64,000 nt of DNA from Alphaproteobacteria bacterium (GTDB taxonomy: Bacteria; Pseudomonadota; Alphaproteobacteria; Bin95): the NCBI GenBank assembly GCA_965205265.1, contig CBDBGH010000003.1:4160001-4224000 (forward strand). Direction: 5' to 3'. The notes under the pieces are model-generated. The model saw nothing but the letters and a program-made list of their open reading frames with translations. It had not been told where the DNA came from and did not search any database. The translations under genes and the position numbers were made by a program. Positions 44,779-55,433 of the stretch are shown here, in pieces (position 1 is the first letter of the stretch; every line of letters begins with the position of its first letter).

Positions 44779-47171
44779 GCACGCGAGTGGAGCGCATCGA
44801 TCGCGGCGGCAGCGCCGGATGCGGTTTCGGCCACAGCCGCGGCCAGCGCCTCGAAATCCTCGTGCCCGCAAGCGCCGGCGACAAGCGACCTGACCTTCTG
44901 CCCCGCCGCCGCTGGGTCAAATCCGTCCTCGCCGACAAGGCATATGACGCCCTGCAAATCCCGCCACAGGGCCGCAGCCTGCGCCAGCGACTCGGCGCCG
45001 GCAGCGTCGAACACCGCTGCCGCACTCGGGGCCGGATCGTCGAGCCCGCTCCCCGCCTGCGTCAACTGCAGCACCCGCGCCGCCCTCTCGACATCGTCCA
45101 GCCCACCGCGCATCCGGGCATATGCGGTGAGGCCCGTTTCGTCGGGACGACCCGCCGGCTCGCGCAATCCGGCGATCAGAGATTCGTTCGAGCCGCATTC
45201 GGCCAGCAGCCGGCGCTGCGCCTCGGCGAAGCGGCCGCCGATTTCGGCGTCGCCGCACTCGAAGATGCAGCGCGCTCTGGTGAGGATGGGAATTTCGCCG
45301 GCGGCAGGACTCCCGTAGCGCGCGGCCAGCTCGGAAAGCGGCAGCGCATGAAGGGAGTCGAAACCGGGCGGCACCGGGGAGAACAACAGGCTGTCCTTCG
45401 CCAGCTCGGTCACGGCCTTCCGGAAACCCCGGCACAGACGTTCGTTTTCACCGAACTTCCAGCTGTCATTGACGAACAGCATGTCGATTGCGATGCCGGG
45501 ATAAACGTCCCGGCTGGCGAGGTCGCCCAGGAAAACAGCAGCGACCCCGCCCGCGCGCAGCGGTCCGGACCGGTCGACAAAATCCGCGACCACGGCTGCC
45601 AGCACGGTTGAAACCGACGCTTCGGCCAGATTGGACAGCGCCGTCTTCGCCTCGCCCGGAGACAGGTTCCCGCGCACGACATGCATGCCGATCTGGAACG
45701 CCTTGTCGTTCGACCAGTTTCGCACGATCTCCGCCGATTCCCCTGCATCGGCCGCCGGCAATTCGGCGATCAGCTCCTTCATTTCCCGAACGCCCATTTC
45801 GCGCGTCCAGTAGAGCCTCGTGAGCCCGCGCCGCGCGATCGACTCGTATTGCCGGTCGGGCCCGAATCCTTTCGGCAGGTCGAGATCGGTGAACTCCCGA
45901 TCCTGCAGGTTGTCGAGAAGCTCGGAGTGGCGTTCGATCCATGCGGCAAGCCGCGGGGCGGCGCCGAAGATTTCGGCTATCGCATCGAAGGCGTCCGGCC
46001 GCGCCGCAGAAACCGCGCTGTCATAGGCGCTCCAGTCGTCGATGTCGGGATAGAAATGCCGGCGCCATTCATCCACCAGAGGATCCATCTTCGCGAACCA
46101 GCGCTTCGGCCGCAGCACGAGGTTCATCATGTCGCCATAGGTTCCCGGCAATTCCGGCGATTCATCCGACCCGCGAACCTGCAACAGCGGATAGTGCCGC
46201 GCGGCCATGGCGTGATGGTCCGCGTGGCGCTGCATGTTGAAGAACATCCAGTTGCTGAACTTCCAGTCGGCGCTCCAGGAATGGCGCGGCATCACCTTTT
46301 CCCAACGTCCGTTCGGCAGGCGAACCCGGCGCAGGCCGTAATGCTGAAAGTAGTTGCTGATCTTCATGGAAAAGACGCAGCACAGACCGAGAAAGGCAAA
46401 GACCGGCACCGCCCAGATCCCACCCATCCAGAACACCACTGCATACCAGAACGCCACTGTCAGACCGTAACGCCAGAACGGATTGCTGTAGTGCCACATG
46501 GAAAGCTGCCGCCGGGCCAGCCTTTCGCCCACGACTTTCCAGGAATTGGTGAGATTGCTTACAATTTCCTTAGGGAAATACTTCCAGAAACTTTCGCCCT
46601 TCGGCGCGGACCCTGCATCATGCGGCGTTCCCACCATGGCATGATGTATATAGACGTGCTCTGTCGCATATTGCGGATAGGACGCCGAGGAAAGCAGGAA
46701 TTCTCCAAGCCGGCGCTCCCAGACAGCGCGCCGGTGGACCAGCTCGTGTCCGACCACGAATACCGCTTGCGCTTCCATGGTCAAAATGATCGCCAGCAGC
46801 ACGCTTTCCCAGACTGACAACTGATTCGCGACAAGAATCTGCCACATGCCGAAAATGAGAACCGGCGGCCATAGAATCGCCCAGGTCCAGACAGGAAGAT
46901 TATGCCATAACAGGCGGCGTTCCGACGTTCTTGCCGGATCCATACTGCGTCCGTCGCGCCCCAGAACCCGATCCAGCGGTCCCGCGACGCTCATGAAGAG
47001 AAATGCGGGCAACAACCACCAGCCGCCATGGATCGCGGCCAAAACAATCAACGGAAAAATACCCAGCGGCAGATAGTGCGGAAGGGCGTTCAGGATCGAC
47101 GGTTCGATCCGCCACGCCAAGCCAGCTCCGTTGGGGCCCGGGCTGACATTTGCGGAGGCATCTTGCGGCAT
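44775..47171 (-). CDS. AlkB/desaturase-type membrane diiron oxygenase fused to a degenerate GlnE-like nucleotidyltransferase region
   Basis: HELVH, EHVYIHH, NYFQHYGL, QRHADHH; the C-terminal half has ALSNLAEA, AVFLGDLASRDVYPGIAIDMLFV and RGGLDDVERAARVLQL. Confidence 0.75.
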   Translation of the reverse strand: MPQDASANVSPGPNGAGLAWRIEPSILNALPHYLPLGIFPLIVLAAIHGGWWLLPAFLFMSVAGPLDRVLGRDGRSMDPARTSERRLLWHNLPVWTWAILWPPVLIFGMWQILVANQLSVWESVLLAIILTMEAQAVFVVGHELVHRRAVWERRLGEFLLSSASYPQYATEHVYIHHAMVGTPHDAGSAPKGESFWKYFPKEIVSNLTNSWKVVGERLARRQLSMWHYSNPFWRYGLTVAFWYAVVFWMGGIWAVPVFAFLGLCCVFSMKISNYFQHYGLRRVRLPNGRWEKVMPRHSWSADWKFSNWMFFNMQRHADHHAMAARHYPLLQVRGSDESPELPGTYGDMMNLVLRPKRWFAKMDPLVDEWRRHFYPDIDDWSAYDSAVSAARPDAFDAIAEIFGAAPRLAAWIERHSELLDNLQDREFTDLDLPKGFGPDRQYESIARRGLTRLYWTREMGVREMKELIAELPAADAGESAEIVRNWSNDKAFQIGMHVVRGNLSPGEAKTALSNLAEASVSTVLAAVVADFVDRSGPLRAGGVAAVFLGDLASRDVYPGIAIDMLFVNDSWKFGENERLCRGFRKAVTELAKDSLLFSPVPPGFDSLHALPLSELAARYGSPAAGEIPILTRARCIFECGDAEIGGRFAEAQRRLLAECGSNESLIAGLREPAGRPDETGLTAYARMRGGLDDVERAARVLQLTQAGSGLDDPAPSAAAVFDAAGAESLAQAAALWRDLQGVICLVGEDGFDPAAAGQKVRSLVAGACGHEDFEALAAAVAETASGAAAAIDALHSRA

Positions 47172-47247
47172 GGCAGCTTCCCCGGCGAACCGGGGCCCCT
47201 TGCATACCGGTTCATATTACCACCGGGCAAGGAAACCCGCAAATGCC

Positions 47248-48579
47248 TCAGGTCTTCAGGACTTTGAGGAGGCAGTCCAGAGCCTCGATGCAGAACGCGG
47301 ACGTCACGGCTTCGGAGCCATGCCCTATCTGCCCTACGGTCCCCCACTTCAGCGATTGGTCTCCGAACGCCAGAAGCTCCGGCCAGCTACCGTCGCCTCG
47401 CTGCGAATTTACGAATCTTTTCAGTTGGCGTTTTCCGTCAATGCTTTCAAGCTTTCCAATATTGTAAAGTGCCGATACTGCCTGCGCCGCCTGAAGAACA
47501 TTGACAAACTCTTCCCTTTCGTCGCGCAATCCCAGAATTCGTTCAGCAAGAATCGGGCTTAGTTTATCGAGGGCCGGCCGCGTGCGAGCCACCGCACGCG
47601 CGGTTGCATAGTAGATCGACACCTCGTCGGGATACCATTTGGATGAATCCCGAGCCTGGCCTTCGGTAATCAATGTTTCCAGCCATCGTTGAGCGTCCCT
47701 TGTTTCAGGGCGGTCACCGAGATAGGCGATGACATTCGCATTGACGACGGGATCGGCTTCGAGGCGGAAACGCGACACAACGTCAGGTTCGTCCCCGGCC
47801 AGAATCCAGGTCATGAAACGACCGTGATCGTCACGGTTCTCCAATATTGCAGGCAAGTTTCTTTTCAGAAGAATCCAGGGATGATCTTCGATAACAAGCG
47901 AACAGAGTGTCGTGCTGTCGAGGTCCTGAGGCAGATGGCGGTAGTAGCGCCACAATCCAGGATATTCGATGGTGTCGCCGATATAGGCTCTGGCAGCATT
48001 GCACAGGACCCTGGCCCGCTCATCGCCGCAATTTTGCAGGGCAAGCGCGCAGAAGGCCGAAACGAAGGGCGGTCTTTCGAAATGCCGCGGAATATCCGGG
48101 TCGGCCATGTTGAACCGGATGCAGTGCCAGGCTCCGTTTTCGTCGATAGCGGACTCCAGGAAAGCGAGACCGCGGCGGATGCTGTCCCTGCCCGCAGCGG
48201 CCGGCGCCTCGGGGCCGGCGGCGCTCGTTCCGGCCCGCTCTCCGTCGGGCAGGGGAGGACGACGCGGCGGCGCGGGGTCGTGGAGCGTCCTGCGGAGAAA
48301 GGCAAGCGAGGTCGCCCCGGTTCTCGCTTCCTCCCGTTCCGCCGCGGTGAATTTATCGCGCGGCGGCAGAACGATATGCGTCGCCGCGTAGGTTTCCTCA
48401 TGCACGTGAATTTCATGGCCTTCGGCCAATGTCACGCCGAGTTCCTCTTCGATGGTCTTTCCGGGGTCGGCGAGAAGGCGCTCCCGAAGACCGTCTTCGC
48501 CGCCGGCCCGCGACATGAGGTCTTCCAATGCGTCAACGGGTTTCTTCACCGATGCATTCCATTTTCCCGAACCCTGCAA
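47248..48579 (-). CDS. NHLP-leader-like domain fused to a prenyltransferase/squalene-oxidase-repeat (class II terpene cyclase-like) domain
   Basis: N-terminus LRERLLADPGKTIEEELGVTL...IHVHEE...HIVLPP aligns with the precursor leader; DENGAW, LPQDLDST, DPVVNANV, QRGDGSWP. Confidence 0.72.
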   Translation of the reverse strand: MQGSGKWNASVKKPVDALEDLMSRAGGEDGLRERLLADPGKTIEEELGVTLAEGHEIHVHEETYAATHIVLPPRDKFTAAEREEARTGATSLAFLRRTLHDPAPPRRPPLPDGERAGTSAAGPEAPAAAGRDSIRRGLAFLESAIDENGAWHCIRFNMADPDIPRHFERPPFVSAFCALALQNCGDERARVLCNAARAYIGDTIEYPGLWRYYRHLPQDLDSTTLCSLVIEDHPWILLKRNLPAILENRDDHGRFMTWILAGDEPDVVSRFRLEADPVVNANVIAYLGDRPETRDAQRWLETLITEGQARDSSKWYPDEVSIYYATARAVARTRPALDKLSPILAERILGLRDEREEFVNVLQAAQAVSALYNIGKLESIDGKRQLKRFVNSQRGDGSWPELLAFGDQSLKWGTVGQIGHGSEAVTSAFCIEALDCLLKVLKT

Positions 48580-48589
48580 TCTTTCCCGG

Positions 48590-51532
48590 TCAGGCGATCT
48601 GTCGCCTGACCAGCTCCCTGAATACCCCGTCGACCTCCATGAGTTCGCTGAAGGAACCGCTTTGTACGACCTTCCCGGCCTGCAACACGTAAATGCGGTC
48701 GGCCTGTTCCAGCGTCGACAGGCGGTGCGCGATGACGATCCGGGTGGAAGTGAGCGCGGTGAGATTCCGCATCACTTCCGCCTGGTTTTCGTTGTCCAGC
48801 CAGTTGGTCGCCTCGTCGAACAGCATGATCCGCGGGCTGCCGATAACCGAACGGGCGATCGTGACGCGCTGGCTTTCACCGCCCGACAGGACGGTCCCGC
48901 TGGTGCCGACCATGGTCATCATGCCCATGGGCATGCCCCTGATCTGATCCTCCACTTCGGCGACCCGGGCCGCTGACCATACTTCGTCGCTCGTCACGTC
49001 CTCGTGGTGGCTGACCAGATTGTCCCAAAGGTCCTGGGGATGAAGGCCAACCGATTGCGGCACGGCGCCGATTTTCCGGCGCACCTGCTTCAGGTTCAGG
49101 TGCCTGAGGTCGCGTCCGTCGTAATACACCGCTCCTGCGGTTGGTCGGTCGATTCCAAGGGCAAGCCGGAACAGGGTGCTTTTGCCCGACCCGGATTCGC
49201 CGGCAATGGCGATGAAGTCGCCGGTACGGGCATGGATCGTGACGTCGTCGAGAACCAGCGGGCCGTCCGGGTCGTAGCGGAAGGAAATGCGGTCGAACAG
49301 AACGTCGCCGCCCAGATGTTCGACCGGTTCCCCCTTCACTTCGGTATCGGGAACTGCGGCCAGCAGGGGGCGTATCCGGGCGAACGCCGGGAGTATGGCG
49401 GCAATGGCGCCGAAAGACTCGCCGAGCCGCCCGACGGCGGACTGGAAGGCGATGAAGACGATATAAACGACGAGAAAATCTCCGACCGGAAGGGCCCGGT
49501 CGCCCACCGTGGCCGCTGCGAGGAGCAATACCCCGCCGGCAAGAAAAGGAAGCGCGGCGGCGAAGGCCCGCGAATGCGCCTCAAGCGCATCCAGCTCGAT
49601 CTCCGCGCGTTTCTGCGCGCGATAATCCCGCGCCCAGATAGCAAAAGCCGATCCTTCCGCGTTTTCCACACGCAGCTTGGCGATACCGCCCACGATCTGG
49701 AACAGCCGGCCGGATACGCGGCGCGCTGCGTCGATCATCCGCCCGTAGGGCGAAATCTGGCGCAACCCAAGGACGACCGCGACCAGCAGCGAAACCAGGC
49801 TGAAGACGAGGGCGACGATGCCGAGGGCGGCATCGTAGAAGAAGATGACGGCAAAGACCGGAAGCAGAAAAACGATCGACAACAGGCTGTCGGCCACCAC
49901 TCCCTGCAGGCCGTCCCGGAGATTCTGGAACGTCATTCCCGACATCGCCAGATCGCCGGCCGGATGGCGGTGCAGCCGGCTTGGCGGGAGGCGCATGAGC
50001 CGGTCCCAGAAAGCAGCTTCGACCCTCGACGCCGAGCGTCCTTCAAGCCGCATCATTGCCGAGCTTTGAAACAGATGCAGCAACGCGCCGAGCATGCCGA
50101 ACCCCGCGACCGCCAGGGCCACGGCATAAAGCGTTTCGGCGTTTCCGCCCGCCGCTATGTGATTCGCAACGAAACCGAGCGCAATTGCCGGCAGCAGCTT
50201 GATCAGGCCGCCCGGAAGCCCGGCAGCGACCAGCCGCGCCAGATCCCCGGCCGATCCATGCAGGGCGATTTTCAGCAGGTCCGCCGGTTTCACGTTCCCA
50301 GACGGCAACGGCCGGTAGAACATCCAGGCTTCCTCGGCCAGCGCGCCGGCGCGTTCGGCCGTCATCCGGGTGCTGCGCTTGCTGACCGGGTCCACTTCCT
50401 TGTAGCGCCCGAACATTCCCGGCAGCAGCGCTACGGGCCGGCCGTCCTCGGCGCGGAAGCCCAGCATCGCATTGCTGTCGCCCCGCCACCAGTCGCCCTC
50501 GTCCCTGAACCGCACGCGCCGGGCGCGCACGCCTGACGCATGGAGAACGTCAACCAGCCCGACCGGCGGGGCCGAAGGTCCCGAGCGCGCAGGAATCCTG
50601 AAATCGATGCCTTCATGGCGGCCGACGAGTTGCAGGGCATCGGCCAAAGCGGTGTCCTCGACATCGGCATCCCGGTCGATCGGCAGGTCATAGATATTGA
50701 AAAGCCGCTGCCGCGCAGCCTTTTCGGCCGTGTAGCGGCTGGCGGTCCGTGCGCGTTCGAGGTTCGCATCGTCGACCACGGCCAGCCGGCGGTTGACCCG
50801 TTCCAGGGCGAAGGCGACCGCATGAAAAGAGGCGAGCGCGCGGAGCAACTTGCCCTGCTGCGCCAGGGTTTCCGTCGATTCGCTCGAAAGCGTCGCTTCG
50901 TCGAACAAATTGAGCCAGCTTGTCCGTGTCAGCGGCATCACGGCTTCGTGCGGACCGCCCGCCTCGGCAAGTTCCGCGTGGTCCACAATACCCATGAACA
51001 GGCCGGCGCCACGCGGGGGCTCGGATACCCATACGACGCCGCGCCGGACCGACAGCGTGCAGGGAGCCAGGGTTCGTCTCGTACCGGGCTCGGCCAGCGC
51101 CGTCGGACGCGGCAGGCGGCTTGCGAAACGTGAAAGCGAGTCGGTCACGGCAGTCAGCCAGGTATCGGTCTGTTCCGCCAGGTCTGCCGGACGGACCTCG
51201 GACAGCAGGGATGCCGGCAGGCGCCTCAGAACGGTGCCCGGCGATCCTTTGGCAATCAGGCTGAGAGTCGTGTCTTGCTCGCCGGCTCCTTCGTCCGCCG
51301 CCACGCCCGGCAGCAGCCAGCCCGCTTCCCGGCGCAGCAGATGCTGCGGGGCCGCCTGGTCCACCCCGTCCCGCAATTCGACCAGGAACAGGTTGACGGC
51401 GCCCCGATCGATGAACCAGACGCTTTCCGGATCGTCGAGTTTCACCGGCGCGTTGCCGGCGCAGGGCACGGATGTGCCGGAGCGGGCCGCGAGTTCGGCA
51501 ATCGATGCGTATTCCGGGCCTGGGTCCTGCAT
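48590..51532 (-). CDS. NHLP-system ABC transporter permease/ATPase
   Basis: cNMP-like N-terminus, GESGSGKST, LSGGESQR, FDEAT. Confidence 0.9.
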   Translation of the reverse strand: MQDPGPEYASIAELAARSGTSVPCAGNAPVKLDDPESVWFIDRGAVNLFLVELRDGVDQAAPQHLLRREAGWLLPGVAADEGAGEQDTTLSLIAKGSPGTVLRRLPASLLSEVRPADLAEQTDTWLTAVTDSLSRFASRLPRPTALAEPGTRRTLAPCTLSVRRGVVWVSEPPRGAGLFMGIVDHAELAEAGGPHEAVMPLTRTSWLNLFDEATLSSESTETLAQQGKLLRALASFHAVAFALERVNRRLAVVDDANLERARTASRYTAEKAARQRLFNIYDLPIDRDADVEDTALADALQLVGRHEGIDFRIPARSGPSAPPVGLVDVLHASGVRARRVRFRDEGDWWRGDSNAMLGFRAEDGRPVALLPGMFGRYKEVDPVSKRSTRMTAERAGALAEEAWMFYRPLPSGNVKPADLLKIALHGSAGDLARLVAAGLPGGLIKLLPAIALGFVANHIAAGGNAETLYAVALAVAGFGMLGALLHLFQSSAMMRLEGRSASRVEAAFWDRLMRLPPSRLHRHPAGDLAMSGMTFQNLRDGLQGVVADSLLSIVFLLPVFAVIFFYDAALGIVALVFSLVSLLVAVVLGLRQISPYGRMIDAARRVSGRLFQIVGGIAKLRVENAEGSAFAIWARDYRAQKRAEIELDALEAHSRAFAAALPFLAGGVLLLAAATVGDRALPVGDFLVVYIVFIAFQSAVGRLGESFGAIAAILPAFARIRPLLAAVPDTEVKGEPVEHLGGDVLFDRISFRYDPDGPLVLDDVTIHARTGDFIAIAGESGSGKSTLFRLALGIDRPTAGAVYYDGRDLRHLNLKQVRRKIGAVPQSVGLHPQDLWDNLVSHHEDVTSDEVWSAARVAEVEDQIRGMPMGMMTMVGTSGTVLSGGESQRVTIARSVIGSPRIMLFDEATNWLDNENQAEVMRNLTALTSTRIVIAHRLSTLEQADRIYVLQAGKVVQSGSFSELMEVDGVFRELVRRQIA

Positions 51533-53742
51533 CAGCCTGACCTGACCAGGTTGAAATAGGCGCCGCCCTCGTCCGCGATCAGCTCGTCATGCGTGCCGCG
51601 CTGTATTTCGGCGCCTTTGTCGAGCACGATGATTTCATCGCAGTCGCGCACGGTGCTCAGCCTATGCGCCACGATCAGGCAGGTGACGCCGCGGCGCCGC
51701 AGGGCATCGTCCACATATTCCTCCGTCGCGGCATCGAGAGCGCTGGTCGCCTCGTCCAGAATGAGGACCGTCGGATTGCCCACCAGCGCGCGGGCGATTT
51801 CCAGCCGCTGCCGCTGGCCGCCGCTGAAATTCGCGCCGCCCTCCTCCACGAGGGTCGAATATCCCTGCGGCCGCAGCAGGATTTCATCGTGGATACAGGC
51901 GTCCCGCGTCGCGGCGAAGACGGCTTCGTCCGGAATGGCCGGGTGCCACAAGGTGATGTTGTCGCGCAGCGACGCGGAAAACAGGACGACTTCCTGGTCC
52001 ACCATCGAAATCGACTGTCGCAGCACTTCCTCGGGAATCTCATCCCGAAAATGGCCGTCGAACAGGATCTCGCTCGACCAGGGCTGATAGATGCCGGCAA
52101 CCAGGCGCGCCACGGTCGACTTGCCGGAACCGCTGGGACCGACCACGGCAACCCGCTGCCCCGGCTCGATCGCGAGGTTGAAGTCCTTTATCAGCGGCGG
52201 TCGGCTCTTGTTGAAGCCGAAGGTGACGCCTTTAAGTTCGAGCCGGCCGGTCAGCTGGAGCCGGCCGTTGAATGTGGCGATTGAGTCCGACTGCGGATTT
52301 CGGCGGCTGAAAACCGGGTCTTCGGCGGCTTTCGAAATGTCCTCGAGCCGCTGCAGGTCGGTTTCGAGCGCCTGGCGCTTGTCGGTGAATTCCAGAAAGC
52401 GGCCGACAGGCGCCAGGAACATCTCCGCCAGGATATAGAAGCCGGCCAGCGTCGCCAGGGTCATGTCTCCGGACAGGACCAGGCTTCCCCCGACTCCCAG
52501 GATCGCCGCACTGCGAAGCGCGGCGACCAGGACCGGAAGCGCGGTGTTGACGGAGCCCAACTCGGAATAGAGCTGGCGCGCGCGCAATTCCCGCGCCTGC
52601 TGGCCGCTCCAGCGCGAAAAGAAGCGGTCGTCCGCGCCCGTCATGCGCAGGTTGTCCGCATGGCTCAACATCTGCATGCCGAGCCCGATCAGCAATCCCT
52701 GCTCGCGCCTCATCGCCTGGCTTCGAACCGCCCGGGCGGCATTGAAAAAACGGGCCAGCAGCCCGTGCAGAACGGCCAGCAGCAACACAATCAGCGCGAG
52801 CCGGAAGTCATAGGCCAGCATGGCGACGAGCAGCACCGCGCTCATTGCCATTTCGATAATGAGCACGAGAAACCGGTCTGTCAGATTCTTCGCGATTCTG
52901 TCGATGGACGAGACGCGATCGGTCAAATCGCCCACCAGCCGGTGTTCGAAGAACTCAACCGGCAGCCGCAGCAGCCGCGACACGCCCCGATTGTAGCCGA
53001 CCACCGCAATCCGGACCGCGAGCCGCTTCAGGAACCGGTGCTTGAGCAGGGACAGGACATATACCAGCACGCCGCCACCGAGCAGGGCCGCCACCAGCCC
53101 GCCCCAGGGCCCGTGGTTCTTCAGAACATCGTCCACAAAGAAGCTGAGAGACGCGGGCACGACAAGCGCCAGCAATGTCAACATGAACCCGCAGGCAACT
53201 ACCCAGGCAAGCACGCCCCCGGATCCGGCGAGCATGGCGCGCAATTGCCGGAAAAGGCTGGGCCGCTCGCCTCCCGGGCTGAAATCGGCGCCGCGCTCGA
53301 AGCGCAGCGCAATGCCGCTGTAGCCCTTGTTGAACTCCTCGGCGGAAAGCCGGCGTCGTCCCATGGCCGGGTCATTGAGGTAGAAATTGGCGCTGTCGGA
53401 CCCTTCGAGGACAACGAAATGGCTGAATTGCCAAAACAGAATCAACGGCAATTGCAGCTTTTGCAGTTGCGCGGCGCGCAGGCTGAGCCCGCTGCATTCG
53501 AGACCGTAATGCCGGGCGGCGCGCAGGATGCTGGCAGCGCTGCTGCCGTCCCGGCTCACCTCGCATTTTTCCCGTAATTCCGTCAGCGGCACCCAGCGCC
53601 CGAAATAGGCCAATATGCTGCCGAGGCAGGCGGCACCGCATTCCGATGCGTGCATCTGCAACAGAATGGGCGTGGTTATCCTTTGTTGAAGGACATCCGG
53701 TGCGGCCTTGTCGCCAGCCCCTTTTGAGGCGCGCGACAGCAT
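51532..53742 (-). CDS. NHLP-system ABC transporter with C39 peptidase
   Basis: LQMHASECGAACL, FSHFVV, NDPA, GPSGSGKST, FSGGQRQR. Confidence 0.93.
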   Translation of the reverse strand: MLSRASKGAGDKAAPDVLQQRITTPILLQMHASECGAACLGSILAYFGRWVPLTELREKCEVSRDGSSAASILRAARHYGLECSGLSLRAAQLQKLQLPLILFWQFSHFVVLEGSDSANFYLNDPAMGRRRLSAEEFNKGYSGIALRFERGADFSPGGERPSLFRQLRAMLAGSGGVLAWVVACGFMLTLLALVVPASLSFFVDDVLKNHGPWGGLVAALLGGGVLVYVLSLLKHRFLKRLAVRIAVVGYNRGVSRLLRLPVEFFEHRLVGDLTDRVSSIDRIAKNLTDRFLVLIIEMAMSAVLLVAMLAYDFRLALIVLLLAVLHGLLARFFNAARAVRSQAMRREQGLLIGLGMQMLSHADNLRMTGADDRFFSRWSGQQARELRARQLYSELGSVNTALPVLVAALRSAAILGVGGSLVLSGDMTLATLAGFYILAEMFLAPVGRFLEFTDKRQALETDLQRLEDISKAAEDPVFSRRNPQSDSIATFNGRLQLTGRLELKGVTFGFNKSRPPLIKDFNLAIEPGQRVAVVGPSGSGKSTVARLVAGIYQPWSSEILFDGHFRDEIPEEVLRQSISMVDQEVVLFSASLRDNITLWHPAIPDEAVFAATRDACIHDEILLRPQGYSTLVEEGGANFSGGQRQRLEIARALVGNPTVLILDEATSALDAATEEYVDDALRRRGVTCLIVAHRLSTVRDCDEIIVLDKGAEIQRGTHDELIADEGGAYFNLVRSG

Positions 53743-53743
53743 C

Positions 53744-54295
53744 CTATGACTGCCCCGCTCTCATAAGAGAGACCAGGGATTGGCTGCCGAGTTCAATAAC
53801 GATCCGGCAGTTCCTGCCTGCAAGCGAAGCAGGATCGAGGCTTTCGTCGAGCGCGATATCCACGCGGTACACAGACACCGGCGCCCTGGCTGCCAACGCC
53901 GCCAGTCCTTCCGACAAGGGCACAGCGGCAATTGTTGCGATCCGGCCCTCTACTATGCCCGATTCTCCATCCGCCAGGGCCAACTCCAACGCCGCCGGCA
54001 TCCCGGCCTCGATACGCGGCGCAGCATCGCTTCCGACCCAGACGAGAGCCTGCACCGTCCGGCGGCTCCCGGGCAAGGTTTCGCCGGCCTCGACCAGCAG
54101 ACCGTCCAACGCAAGGCTACGGGCTACATTGCCGAACAGCAGCCACGCCGCGAGGAGAAACAACAGCAAGGCAATAAGGGCGACAAGCAGGCGCTCGCGC
54201 GGCGTGGAAATCGTGAGCAGCCGGTCGAGTTGTTCACGCTCTTCCTTCGCTTCGGCAACCGTGTCGTGAAATGAGCTAAATGGATTATTGAACAC
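53744..54295 (-). CDS. Short NHLP-system HlyD-like protein
   Basis: EQLDRLLTISTPR plus a TM helix and a beta-rich C-terminus, only about 183 aa; GAGGAGG RBS upstream. Confidence 0.65.
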   Translation of the reverse strand: MFNNPFSSFHDTVAEAKEEREQLDRLLTISTPRERLLVALIALLLFLLAAWLLFGNVARSLALDGLLVEAGETLPGSRRTVQALVWVGSDAAPRIEAGMPAALELALADGESGIVEGRIATIAAVPLSEGLAALAARAPVSVYRVDIALDESLDPASLAGRNCRIVIELGSQSLVSLMRAGQS

Positions 54296-54560
54296 AACCG
54301 CGCGTAGCCTCCTCGACATAGATCGGGCAGGGCAAGGAAAAAACTTCTCCAGTTTTAGCGAAGAATGGGAAATCATATGCAATCGGGACCGCGAAAGGTC
54401 AAGTCCAGGGGGCCGCAACAGACTCTGTTCCGCGCGCGCCGGCCAGAACCCCGGGCGCCCGTCCCGGAGGCACGCGCCATAGTCGAAATCCAGGGAAAGT
54501 CCGGAACTTCACCTTCTCCGGGGAACGGAGGTAGAGTGCGGGACACCGAATACGGGACCC

Positions 54561-55433
54561 GTGCCGATGCTCGCTGACGGCGAAACCGCAGAAAAACGGT
54601 TTGTTGGCCAAGGCCGGAGGAAAAGGTTTCCGGGCGCCCGGCATGTCTTGTTCGCAGTCCTGACTGCGGGGCTGGCATATGCCTGTCTGCCGGTTGCGCA
54701 TGCCCAGGGAGAAACGCCGGAGGAGAAGGGCCTCAGGATTGCGCGTGAGGCAAGCGCCCGCAATGACGGCTTCGGCGACTTTACCGCCGGGATGACGATG
54801 GTGCTCCGCGACCGGCACGGCCGGGAAAGCACCCGCCAGATGCGCTTCAAGGTGCTGGAAGTGCCGGGGGACGGCGACAGGAGCCTGTTCGTGTTCGACC
54901 AGCCGCGGGACGTGCAGGGAACCGCGCTCCTGACGCACGCCCATATCAACACAAGGGACGACCAGTGGCTTTACCTACCGGCGCTCAAGCGGGTGAAGCG
55001 CATCAACGCTTCGCGGCGTTCGGGGTCGTTCATGGGAAGCGAGTTCTCATACGAGGACATGAGCTCCTCCGAGGTGGAGGAATACACCCACAAATATCTT
55101 CGCGACGAGCCTTGCGGCGACCTCGTCTGCACGGTGACCGAGCAGGTGCCGCTGGACAAGGACTCCGGATACAGCCGCAAGATCGTCTGGCAGGACGCGG
55201 ACGAGCTTCGGACCTGGAAGATGGAACTGTACGACCGGAAGAACTCGCACCTGAAGACGCTCACCCTCGCTGACTACCGTCAGTATCTGGACCGTTACTG
55301 GCGGGCGGGAGAACAGACGATGGTGAATCATCTGACCGGCGCGAGCACGGTGCTGAAATGGAGCGAATTCCGGTTCGGCAACAATCTCAGCGAGAGCGAA
55401 TTCACCCGGCCGGCGCTTCGGCGCGTGCGCTGA
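54561..55433 (+). CDS. LolA-like outer-membrane lipoprotein-sorting protein
   Basis: PRDVQGTALL, DDQWLYLPALKRVKRI, GSFMGSEFSYEDM. Confidence 0.88.
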   Translation: MPMLADGETAEKRFVGQGRRKRFPGARHVLFAVLTAGLAYACLPVAHAQGETPEEKGLRIAREASARNDGFGDFTAGMTMVLRDRHGRESTRQMRFKVLEVPGDGDRSLFVFDQPRDVQGTALLTHAHINTRDDQWLYLPALKRVKRINASRRSGSFMGSEFSYEDMSSSEVEEYTHKYLRDEPCGDLVCTVTEQVPLDKDSGYSRKIVWQDADELRTWKMELYDRKNSHLKTLTLADYRQYLDRYWRAGEQTMVNHLTGASTVLKWSEFRFGNNLSESEFTRPALRRVR

